Positions 21,984 through 28,939 of a DNA stretch of 32,000 nt are shown here, piece after piece. The stretch is from Corynebacterium amycolatum (GTDB taxonomy: Bacteria > Actinomycetota > Actinomycetes > Mycobacteriales > Mycobacteriaceae), in assembly GCF_049243625.1 (NCBI RefSeq), contig NZ_CP046975.1, one strand, 5' to 3'. Position 1 is the first letter of the stretch. The number at the start of each line of letters is the position of its first letter. Under the pieces are notes generated by a model. It had not been told where the DNA came from. It saw only the letters and a program-made list of their open reading frames with translations, and searched no databases. The translations under genes and the position numbers were made by a program.

Positions 21984-22047
21984 GGTTTACATAATGTCAT
22001 ATCGAGAAAAGTCCGGTGGAATCGTTTCCGATTCCTTCGATGGGGCC

Positions 22048-22106
22048 TTGACGGGCCCCTTTCTTCTGCTTTAGGTTTATGGCATAGGTGGTATACCCGT
22101 ACACCA
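22048..22106 (+). promoter_or_regulatory. Putative sigma-A-type promoter plus GntR-type operator palindrome for the inserted cassette
   Basis: TTGACG (22048-22053), an 18-nt spacer, then TAGGTT (22072-22077, fits TAnnnT). An inverted repeat TGGTATAC-CC-GTACACCA follows at 22089-22106 (7 of 8 positions symmetric). It lies just upstream of GGAGG (22108-22112) and ATG 22118. Confidence 0.45.
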
Positions 22107-22117
22107 TGGAGGTGGAT

Positions 22118-22480
22118 ATGCAGGCGAAGGAGGCGGATTCTCGGCCCATCTACGTCCAGATCGCCGAGAATCTGAAATCAATGATTCTGTCCGGGGAGCT
22201 CGCGGCTGAGAGTCGCGCCCCTTCAACCAAGGAACTCTCGGAGTTCTATCAGGTCAACCCAACCACGGCTGCCAAGGCCATGACGGAACTGTCGATGGTG
22301 GGGCTCGTGGAGAAGAAAAGAGGACTCGGCATGTTCGTCACCCCAGGCGCTCGTGAGCGCATTCGAGCTGAGCGTCGTGAAGCGTTCCAGCGCACCTACA
22401 TCGAGCCGTTAAAAGCGGAGGCCGACATCCTCGGCCTTACGCTCCACGACATCATCGCCATGCTGGAGGAGGAGAAATGA
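22118..22480 (+). CDS. Small GntR-family transcriptional regulator, YtrA-like subfamily (about 120 aa)
   Basis: Winged HTH: PSTKELSEFYQVNPTTAAKAMTELSMVGLVEKKRGLGMFV. It has only a short two-helix C-terminal tail, typical of YtrA-type GntR. The ATG at 22118 has a GGAGG 5 nt upstream. The track start at GTG 22088 would run through the palindrome. The stop overlaps the next ATG (ATGA). Confidence 0.85.
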   Translation: MQAKEADSRPIYVQIAENLKSMILSGELAAESRAPSTKELSEFYQVNPTTAAKAMTELSMVGLVEKKRGLGMFVTPGARERIRAERREAFQRTYIEPLKAEADILGLTLHDIIAMLEEEK

Positions 22481-23196
22481 GCATCTACGGCGTGATTGGC
22501 CCCAACGGCGCCGGCAAGACCTACTACCTGCATACCCTCGCGCAAATGCCTACGGCTGCCGTGGCGAAGGCAGCACCCGACACCCAGATCTTCGGCGTCA
22601 CCCCGCGCGAATATTTCCGCATCCTGCGCACCGGCTGGGATCAACTCGATGTGTCCCACGCGGAGTCCCTCCTAGATTTCCCCGGCGACACCCCCATCAA
22701 AAAGCTCAGCCTGGGCCAGCGCCAGCTGCTCATCGCTGCGGCCGCCCTCGCATCGGGCAAGGATGCATTGCTTTTCGACGAACCCTTCAACGGCCTCGAT
22801 GTCGAGCACCGCACCATGTTGCGCGGCATGCTTATCGACGCCGCCGAATCGGCCGACATTGTGGTCACGTCGCAGCACTCCCAGGATCTCGCAGACCTGG
22901 TGGACACCTTGATCGTCATGCACAAGCAGGATGCGTACGGACCCTATGACGTCGATAAGCTGCGCGCTACCCATCCGGTGCTACGCGGCTCTGCGGACCT
23001 AGTGACGCAGGTGGCCGGCTCGGTGCTCGCTAAGAAAACTCTCGGCGAGCGCTGCGAGGCGATTTTGGCTGCAGCGCTCAGCCCATCGACCGCCGCGCAT
23101 GCCCGCGCCCTCGGTGTTGAGGTTAGCTACCTCGACCCCGCGGCCCTCATCGACCTCGCTAGCACCTCCGCCTACATCGAAAGGAGCAAGAAATGA
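22477..23196 (+). CDS. Atypical, N-terminally minimal ABC-type ATPase
   Basis: Walker A GPNGAGKT at residues 8-15, signature-like LSLGQ at 77-81, Walker B LLFDE at 98-102, D-loop GLD, and H-loop His134 (TSQHSQD). A C-terminal extension of about 90 aa follows. ATGA overlaps couple it to both neighbours. Confidence 0.8.
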   Translation: MSIYGVIGPNGAGKTYYLHTLAQMPTAAVAKAAPDTQIFGVTPREYFRILRTGWDQLDVSHAESLLDFPGDTPIKKLSLGQRQLLIAAAALASGKDALLFDEPFNGLDVEHRTMLRGMLIDAAESADIVVTSQHSQDLADLVDTLIVMHKQDAYGPYDVDKLRATHPVLRGSADLVTQVAGSVLAKKTLGERCEAILAAALSPSTAAHARALGVEVSYLDPAALIDLASTSAYIERSKK

Positions 23197-23912
23197 GCAC
23201 CGGGGCTTTCATCGCAACCAACAAGAAAACCTTCCTCGGCGTCGCCGCCGTGGCCATCCTCTACTCGGCTTTCGGGCGCATGCTCGTGGGCAGCGGCACC
23301 GGCAACACCCTGCTGGGCATCATCGCGCTGGGCATCCTCTTCCTCATCACCGCCCAGCGCTCGGTCACCCTGCGCGACTACGGCGTGCGCACCGCCCGCT
23401 GGGTGCGCTCCGCAATCATTGCAATCTTGGGAACATCGCTGGTGGCTACCGCCTTCATCGTCGTGGCGATGGTCACCGAACAGAATAAGTCCGGTTACTA
23501 CCGGGGATTCGATAGCTTCATTGTCACCTCTGGACCGGCCCTGTTCCCGGACACCAACGGGGAGCTGTACATGATTCAGGATTCTGGGCAGAACTACACG
23601 ACAATCCTGCTTACCGCTCTGTGCGTCTTCTTGAGCTTCCTGATGTCTTCCGTGGCGGGCACCGCAATCGGCACCGTCGCCGGCGCGAAGGGCTCTCGTG
23701 CGGGATCGATCACCATTGGCCTGGCACTGGTCGCGCTCTTCCTGTTCAGCTACCTGCTGGACGTGACCGACTCTATCCCGGGCGCTCCCTGGCCGGCTGT
23801 GCCAATCTTTGCCTCAATCATCACCGTAATCTCCGCGGTCGTGATGGCCTGGGCCTTAAAGGAAGAGAAACGCCCACAGCCCGACGTGCGCCCCGCCTTC
23901 GCCGCATCCTAG
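23193..23912 (+). CDS. Integral membrane protein, putative permease partner of the cassette ATPase
   Basis: 239-aa ORF with about six hydrophobic helices by eye. A polar loop of about 40 aa follows helix 3 (TEQNKSGYYRGFDSFIVTSGPALFPDTNGELYMIQDSGQNY). It is translationally coupled (ATGA) to the ATPase. No specific family recognised. Confidence 0.7.
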   Translation: MSTGAFIATNKKTFLGVAAVAILYSAFGRMLVGSGTGNTLLGIIALGILFLITAQRSVTLRDYGVRTARWVRSAIIAILGTSLVATAFIVVAMVTEQNKSGYYRGFDSFIVTSGPALFPDTNGELYMIQDSGQNYTTILLTALCVFLSFLMSSVAGTAIGTVAGAKGSRAGSITIGLALVALFLFSYLLDVTDSIPGAPWPAVPIFASIITVISAVVMAWALKEEKRPQPDVRPAFAAS

Positions 23913-23917
23913 CACCC

Positions 23918-23952
23918 ACAAAAAAGCTCCCCTCCGCAGGGAGCTTTTTGTG
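23918..23952. terminator. Bidirectional intrinsic terminator after the cassette
   Basis: aaaaaagctccc / ctccgca / gggagcttttt. The GC-rich stem is flanked by an A6 run and a T5 run. It starts 6 nt after the membrane-protein stop. Confidence 0.8.
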
Positions 23953-23974
23953 CGCAGCTTACGGGCCGAAAAAC

Positions 23975-24067
23975 ACGGGCTGCAAATGTGAAACTGTGCA
24001 AGTTTATGACACTTTCAGGCTATTTTTCGGACCATTTTTGCCATAGCGCAGTCAGTAACTCGCATCG
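23975..24067 (+). repeat. Copy A of an unassigned ~93-nt intergenic repeat
   Basis: Aligns by hand with 28846-28939 in the same orientation: 9 mismatches and 1 single-nt indel. Block 23975-24018 has 1 mismatch in 44 nt, and block 24047-24067 has 1 in 21 nt. Confidence 0.85.
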
Positions 24068-24126
24068 TGCATCGACCCGCTGACGCCAGCCATAAATGCG
24101 GCCGCTTCCAACAGGAAGCTAGATAA

Positions 24127-25251
24127 TCAGCAGGGTTCGTGCAGCTGTTCCATTCGCTGTGCAATCGACACGAGCAGGGACTGCCAGGAATCCACAAACT
24201 TCTCCACGCCCTCGCGCTCCAGGACAGCGAAGACATCATCCAGGTCGATGCCAATCTCGCTGAGCTGGGTCATAACAGCATTGGCTGCTTCACCCTGACC
24301 GCTGACGGCGTCGCGAACCTCGCCCTCGAAGCCCGCAGCAGCGCGCAGCGTCTTTTCAGGCATGGTGTTCACTGTCTGCGGAGCAGCCAGCTCAGTCACG
24401 TAAAGGGTGTCCGGGTAAGCCGGGTTCTTCACACCGGTGGAAGCCCACAGCAGGCGCTGCGGCTTAGCGCCGGCGTTCTCCAGCTGCGCCCAACGGATAT
24501 TCTGCGAGGAGAAGGTCTCTTCGAACTTGGCGTAAGCGGCGCGGGCGTTGGCCAGACCAGCTTTACCACGCAAAGCCAAGGCCTCTTCCGAGCCAATCTT
24601 GTCCAGGCGAGCATCAATCTCAGTGTCAACGCGAGAAACAAACAGCGACGCAACAGAGTGAACCGAAACCAGGTCCACGCCGTTGTCCTTCGCACGCTCG
24701 ATACCCTCGATAAACGCATCGATGACCTGCAGGTAACGCTCCACCGAGAAAATCAGGGTGACGTTTACCGAAATACCCTCGGACAGAGCCTGGGTGACAG
24801 CCGGCAGGGAAGCATCGGTCGCCGGAATCTTAATCATCGCATTTTGCTTGTCGACGCGTTCCCAGAGCTCACGAGCCTGCGCAATCGTGGCCTCGTAGTT
24901 GTCGGCGTAACGAGGATCGACCTCGATAGAAACACGGCCATCGATACCGTCGGTATCCTCAGCCACACCGGCGAAGAGGTCACAGGCATCGCGGACATCG
25001 TCGATAGCCATGGCGAACACAGCATCTGACGGATTCGCGCGCTCAGCGGTGAGCTGCGCCAGCTGAGAGTCATAGTCCTCACCAGCGGTCATCGCCGAAG
25101 AGAAGATAGCCGGGTTAGTGGTGACACCAACCACCCGCAGTTCATCGATGAGGTTCTTCAAATCGCCCGAGGTGAGACGCTGGCGCGAAAGATCGTCGAG
25201 CCACGCCGAGGTTCCTACCTTGGCGAGTGCTTCCATCGTGGTGTTTCCCAT
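24127..25251 (-). CDS. tal: Transaldolase (actinobacterial long form)
   Basis: Motifs GVTTNPAIF, MIKIPAT (Schiff-base lysine region), LWASTGVKNP. 374 aa. Confidence 0.94.
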   Translation of the reverse strand: MGNTTMEALAKVGTSAWLDDLSRQRLTSGDLKNLIDELRVVGVTTNPAIFSSAMTAGEDYDSQLAQLTAERANPSDAVFAMAIDDVRDACDLFAGVAEDTDGIDGRVSIEVDPRYADNYEATIAQARELWERVDKQNAMIKIPATDASLPAVTQALSEGISVNVTLIFSVERYLQVIDAFIEGIERAKDNGVDLVSVHSVASLFVSRVDTEIDARLDKIGSEEALALRGKAGLANARAAYAKFEETFSSQNIRWAQLENAGAKPQRLLWASTGVKNPAYPDTLYVTELAAPQTVNTMPEKTLRAAAGFEGEVRDAVSGQGEAANAVMTQLSEIGIDLDDVFAVLEREGVEKFVDSWQSLLVSIAQRMEQLHEPC

Positions 25252-25421
25252 AGTGTTTAACGCCTTTCTGTCTATACCGCTTCGTTGTCTAAAGACTTCT
25301 CTAAATACTGTGTGTCTTTAAACTACTGTGCGCCACAAACAATACTGGCGCCACCGGAGCTCGGTACGGTTTTCACAAATCCCGTACCGACAGCGGCCGA
25401 TAGCGCCAGGTTGAACAAATC

Positions 25422-27521
25422 TTACTTAGCAGCCTCGATAGATTCCTTGGCCGCATCGACAACAGCGTCAGCGGTGATGCCGAACTTCTCGAACAGCTCC
25501 TTGTACGGAGCCGAGGCACCGAAGTGCTCCAAGGAGACCGCGCGACCAGCGTCGCCCAGGTGGCGGTACCACGGCATAGCAATACCGGCCTCAACCGAAA
25601 CACGAGCGCGGACCGCCTTCGGCAGGACCTGCTCACGGTAGGCCTCATCCTGCTGCTCAAACCAGTCAAGACACGGGACGGAGACAACGCGGGCGCTGAC
25701 ACCTTCCTCAGCCAACTTCTCAGCGGCCTCGACAGCGAGGTGAACCTCCGAGCCGGTACCCATGAGGATGACGTCCGGGGTCTCCTTGGTGCCGTCGACA
25801 AGCACGTACGCACCACGCCGGACGCCCTCGGCGGCCTTTTCCTTCGTGCCTTCCAGGACCGGGACGTTCTGGCGGGTCAGAGCCAGAGCCTTCGGACCTG
25901 CCTCGCCTTCGAGAACAGCGGACCAAGCCTGAGCGGTCTCGTTAGCATCAGCCGGACGGACGGTGGACACACCCGGGATAGCGCGCAGTGAAGCCAGCTG
26001 CTCAACAGGCTGGTGCGTCGGGCCGTCTTCGCCCAGACCAATGGAGTCGTGGGTCCAGACATAAATAGGGGAGATGCCCATCAGCGATGCCAGGCGGACA
26101 GCCGGACGCATGTAGTCCGAGAAGATAAGGAAGGTGCCGCCGTACGGACGGGTACCACCGTGGAGCAGAATGCCGTTGAGGATCGACCCCATGGCGTGCT
26201 CACGGATACCGAAGTGCAGGTTACGGCCGTACGGGTCGGTGGTCCAGGTGCCGGTGGTGATGGACTTCGGGCCGAAGGACGGCTCACCCTTCAGGACAGT
26301 GTTATTGGAGCCGGCCAGGTCGGCCGAGCCACCCCACAGCTCTGGCAGAGCCTTACCCAGTGCCTGCAACGCGGCCTCAGAAGCCTTACGGGTGGCAACG
26401 CCCTTCTCATCCGGCTCCCACGTCGGCAGCTCAGCGTCGAAGTCCTCTGGCAGCTCGCCGGCGGTCAGACGATCCAGCAGAGCCTTGCGCTCCGGGTTGG
26501 TCGCAGCCCACTCGTCGAACTTAACCTGCCACTGCGCGTGAGCCTCAGCACCGCGCTCAACCAGCTTCCGGGTGTGCTCAATGACCTCGTCAGCGATGTC
26601 AAAGCTCTTATCGGTATCGAAGCCGAGAGCTTCCTTGATGCCGACAATCTCCTCGCCACCAAGAGCAGCACCGTGCGAAGCACCGGTGTTCATCTTGGTC
26701 GGAGCCGGGTAAGCGATTACAGTGCGAACGCGAATGAAGGTTGGACGCTCCGTATCCTTCTTGGCCTCCTCGACAGCAGCCTCGAGTGCTGCGACGTCCT
26801 CGCCGCCGTCGACCTCAATGACCTGCCAGCCGTAAGCACGGTAGCGGTCCGCCACATTCTCGGTGAAAGCAATAGTGGTGTCGTCCTCGATGGAGATGCC
26901 GTTGTCATCCCAGAAGACAATCAGGTTGCCCAGCTGCTGAGTGCCGGCCAGCGAGCAGGCCTCGGCAGTGACACCCTCCTGAACGTCACCATCAGAAGCA
27001 ATGACGTACACGTAGTGATCGAACGGAGACTCACCCGGAGCAGCTTCCGGGTCGAACAGCCCACGTTCCCGTCGCGAAGCCATGGCAAAACCGACAGCCG
27101 AAGCCAGACCCTGACCCAGCGGACCAGTGGTGATTTCCACGCCGTCAGTGTGGCCGTACTCCGGGTGACCCGGGGTGAGGGCGTCCCACGTACGCAGTGC
27201 CTTCAGGTCATCGAGCTCCAGGCCAAAACCGCCGAGGTAGAGCTGGACGTACTGCGTCAGAGAGGTGTGACCACAGGAGAGAATGAAACGGTCACGGCCG
27301 ATCCACTTCGTATCCTTCGGGTCATGGCGCATAACGCGCTGGTAGAGAGAGTAAGCCAGCGGTGCGAGGCTCATAGCAGTGCCGGGATGTCCCGAACCTG
27401 CCTTTTCCACGGCATCTGCAGCCAGCACACGAGCCGTATCTACGGCCTTCGTGTCCAAGTCAGACCAGTCCGAGGGGTAGTTGCGAACAACCCGTGCTTC
27501 ATGCTCAGTCGACAGTGTCAC
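25422..27521 (-). CDS. tkt: Transketolase
   Basis: ThDP motifs SGHPGTAMSLAP, ASDGDVQEG and HDSIGLGEDGPTHQPVE. The GTG start has an AGGAG 8 nt upstream. Confidence 0.96.
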   Translation of the reverse strand: MTLSTEHEARVVRNYPSDWSDLDTKAVDTARVLAADAVEKAGSGHPGTAMSLAPLAYSLYQRVMRHDPKDTKWIGRDRFILSCGHTSLTQYVQLYLGGFGLELDDLKALRTWDALTPGHPEYGHTDGVEITTGPLGQGLASAVGFAMASRRERGLFDPEAAPGESPFDHYVYVIASDGDVQEGVTAEACSLAGTQQLGNLIVFWDDNGISIEDDTTIAFTENVADRYRAYGWQVIEVDGGEDVAALEAAVEEAKKDTERPTFIRVRTVIAYPAPTKMNTGASHGAALGGEEIVGIKEALGFDTDKSFDIADEVIEHTRKLVERGAEAHAQWQVKFDEWAATNPERKALLDRLTAGELPEDFDAELPTWEPDEKGVATRKASEAALQALGKALPELWGGSADLAGSNNTVLKGEPSFGPKSITTGTWTTDPYGRNLHFGIREHAMGSILNGILLHGGTRPYGGTFLIFSDYMRPAVRLASLMGISPIYVWTHDSIGLGEDGPTHQPVEQLASLRAIPGVSTVRPADANETAQAWSAVLEGEAGPKALALTRQNVPVLEGTKEKAAEGVRRGAYVLVDGTKETPDVILMGTGSEVHLAVEAAEKLAEEGVSARVVSVPCLDWFEQQDEAYREQVLPKAVRARVSVEAGIAMPWYRHLGDAGRAVSLEHFGASAPYKELFEKFGITADAVVDAAKESIEAAK

Positions 27522-27784
27522 GTGAATGACTCCTAGTATCCAAATGGATTAGTAAAGATCTCTTCCATACTAACTAGGAATACGTGCGCTCGGTTTAAAC
27601 CGGGCCGAATAGCTCGAAGGTAAGCATCAGAGGGCGCGCCGCACATGCTTTACGACGGTCATTATTGGAACCGTTATGATTATCGGTAAACTGATTGCCT
27701 GCCCCTCATTTTATTTTGCGGAAAAACTCGTCGGGAACTTTCCGACCGTTGCATCCGACTATCTGTAGACGGGGGGCTTTGTTT

Positions 27785-28726
27785 ATGGCGCGTGAAAGGG
27801 ACATTGCTTTGTTGGAAACAGTCAAGGCGTATATTGCACTGACTAAGCCAAGAATTATTGAGCTCCTGCTCGTCGCGGCCATTCCCGCAATGCTTCAGGC
27901 TGATCGCGGTCATGTACACGTTGGACTGATTCTTCTCACCCTGTTCGGTGGTTGGATGGGTGCAGCGGCAGCGCACACCTTCAACATGGTCATGGATTAC
28001 GACATTGACCAGAAGATGCGCCGCACTCGTCGGCGCCCGCTCGCGCGCAACCAGGTTAGCCGTCGCGCGGCAGCAATTTTCGGCACCATCTTGATGATTG
28101 CGTCGTTCCTCTGGCTGTGGCTGCTATGTAACTCGCTGCTGGCCGCCGTTTTCATAATGATTACGATTGCGTTCTACATCTTCGTCTACACGTTGTGGCT
28201 GAAGCGCCGAACTGATCAGAACGTAATCTGGGGTGGCGCTGCGGGTTGTATGCCGGTGATGGTTGGCTGGGCCGTCATCACTGACAACAACCCGGAGATT
28301 ACGGGGCTCGCTCACTGGTGGCAGGCTTTCATCCTGTTCCTGCTCATCTTCTTCTGGACTCCGCCGCACACCTGGGCGCTGGGGCTTCGCTACAAGGAGG
28401 ATTACAAGGCCGCTGGCGTGCCGATGATGCCAGTGGTCAAGCCGGCAATCATCGTTTCCAAGCGCATTATTTACTACACCGCTGCAACCGTGATTACCAC
28501 TCTGCTGTTGGTTCCGTACGCTGGTTGGATTTATCTGATTGGCGCGGTTGGCGCTGGTGCCTGGTTCCTGTGGGGCGCCATTGACCTGCACCGTCACGTT
28601 AAAACCGGTGGCAAGATCAAGCCGATGAAGCTGTTCTTCATGTCGAACAACTACTTGTCCATCGTGTGTGTGGCGCTTTCGCTGGATGCTGTACTCGGAC
28701 TGCAGACAGTTTTAAGCATGTTCTAG
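27785..28726 (+). CDS. ctaB: Protoheme IX farnesyltransferase (heme O synthase)
   Basis: UbiA-family motif [20 protein letters not shown], plus [11 protein letters not shown] and [11 protein letters not shown]. The ATG at 27785 gives an N-terminus colinear with mycobacterial CtaB. The track start at TTG 27695 is the alternative. Confidence 0.92.
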   Translation: MARERDIALLETVKAYIALTKPRIIELLLVAAIPAMLQADRGHVHVGLILLTLFGGWMGAAAAHTFNMVMDYDIDQKMRRTRRRPLARNQVSRRAAAIFGTILMIASFLWLWLLCNSLLAAVFIMITIAFYIFVYTLWLKRRTDQNVIWGGAAGCMPVMVGWAVITDNNPEITGLAHWWQAFILFLLIFFWTPPHTWALGLRYKEDYKAAGVPMMPVVKPAIIVSKRIIYYTAATVITTLLLVPYAGWIYLIGAVGAGAWFLWGAIDLHRHVKTGGKIKPMKLFFMSNNYLSIVCVALSLDAVLGLQTVLSMF

Positions 28727-28752
28727 GGTAGTTGCGTTCTAGGGTAGCTGCG
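28721..28752 (+). repeat. 16-bp tandem duplication spanning the ctaB stop codon
   Basis: ttctagggtagttgcg (28721-28736) is followed directly by ttctagggtagctgcg (28737-28752), with one mismatch. The first unit contains the ctaB TAG at 28724-28726. Confidence 0.9.
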
Positions 28753-28798
28753 TTGGGAGCCAGACCCGGCCCTTTCCCCAGTTAGCTGTTAATCCTCG

Positions 28799-28836
28799 AA
28801 GAGGCCCTCCCCAATGCCGGGGAGGGCCTCTTTTTG
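28799..28836 (+). terminator. Intrinsic terminator downstream of ctaB
   Basis: aagaggccctcccc / aatgcc / ggggagggcctctt, then tttgtgtgtg. Perfect 12-14 bp GC-rich stem plus a T-run. Confidence 0.85.
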
Positions 28837-28845
28837 TGTGTGCAA

Positions 28846-28939
28846 ACGGGCTGCAAATGTGAAACTGTGCGAGTTTATGACACTTTCAGACCATTTTTCG
28901 GGACATTTTTGTCATGAACGCAGTCAGTAACTCGGATCG
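28846..28939 (+). repeat. Copy B of the unassigned ~93-nt intergenic repeat
   Basis: See copy A. It has the same orientation and starts about 10 nt after the T-tail of the ctaB terminator. Confidence 0.85.

Noticed and set aside
23987-24002. TGTGA half-site in the repeat, resembling a CRP/GlxR box (TGTGA-N6-TCACA).
   Set aside because: The expected second half-site is absent (the sequence reads tgtgaaactgtgcaag), so this is only a half-site match.
24015-24044. Nine-codon minus-strand mini-ORF inside repeat copy A (MAKMVRKIA), with an equal-length counterpart in copy B at 28886-28915 (MTKMSRKMV).
   Set aside because: All five nucleotide differences in this 30-nt stretch change the amino acid, there is no SD upstream, and this is the least conserved part of the repeat. 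That pattern is the opposite of purifying selection on a peptide.
24006-24083. Plus-strand mini-ORF starting MTLS within the repeat (25 aa in copy A; 17 aa in copy B at 28877-28930).
   Set aside because: The 1-nt indel between the copies changes the frame and the length, substitutions are mostly non-synonymous, and there is no SD. Not supported as coding.
21984-24126. Classical genomic-island or transposon hallmarks around the inserted cassette.
   Set aside because: No transposase, integrase, tRNA or convincing flanking direct or inverted repeats. The only shared string between the flanks is a 7-mer (tgtcata), which is compatible with chance.
26013-27536. 507-aa plus-strand ORF antisense to tkt. 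Similar antisense ORFs occur at 3586-4647, 19231-20457, 24139-25029, 29251-30021, 15141-15947 and 16621-17469.
   Set aside because: All lie fully inside well-supported genes on the other strand, are Arg/Gly/Val-rich without motifs, and lack plausible ribosome-binding sites. Treated as GC-driven artefacts.
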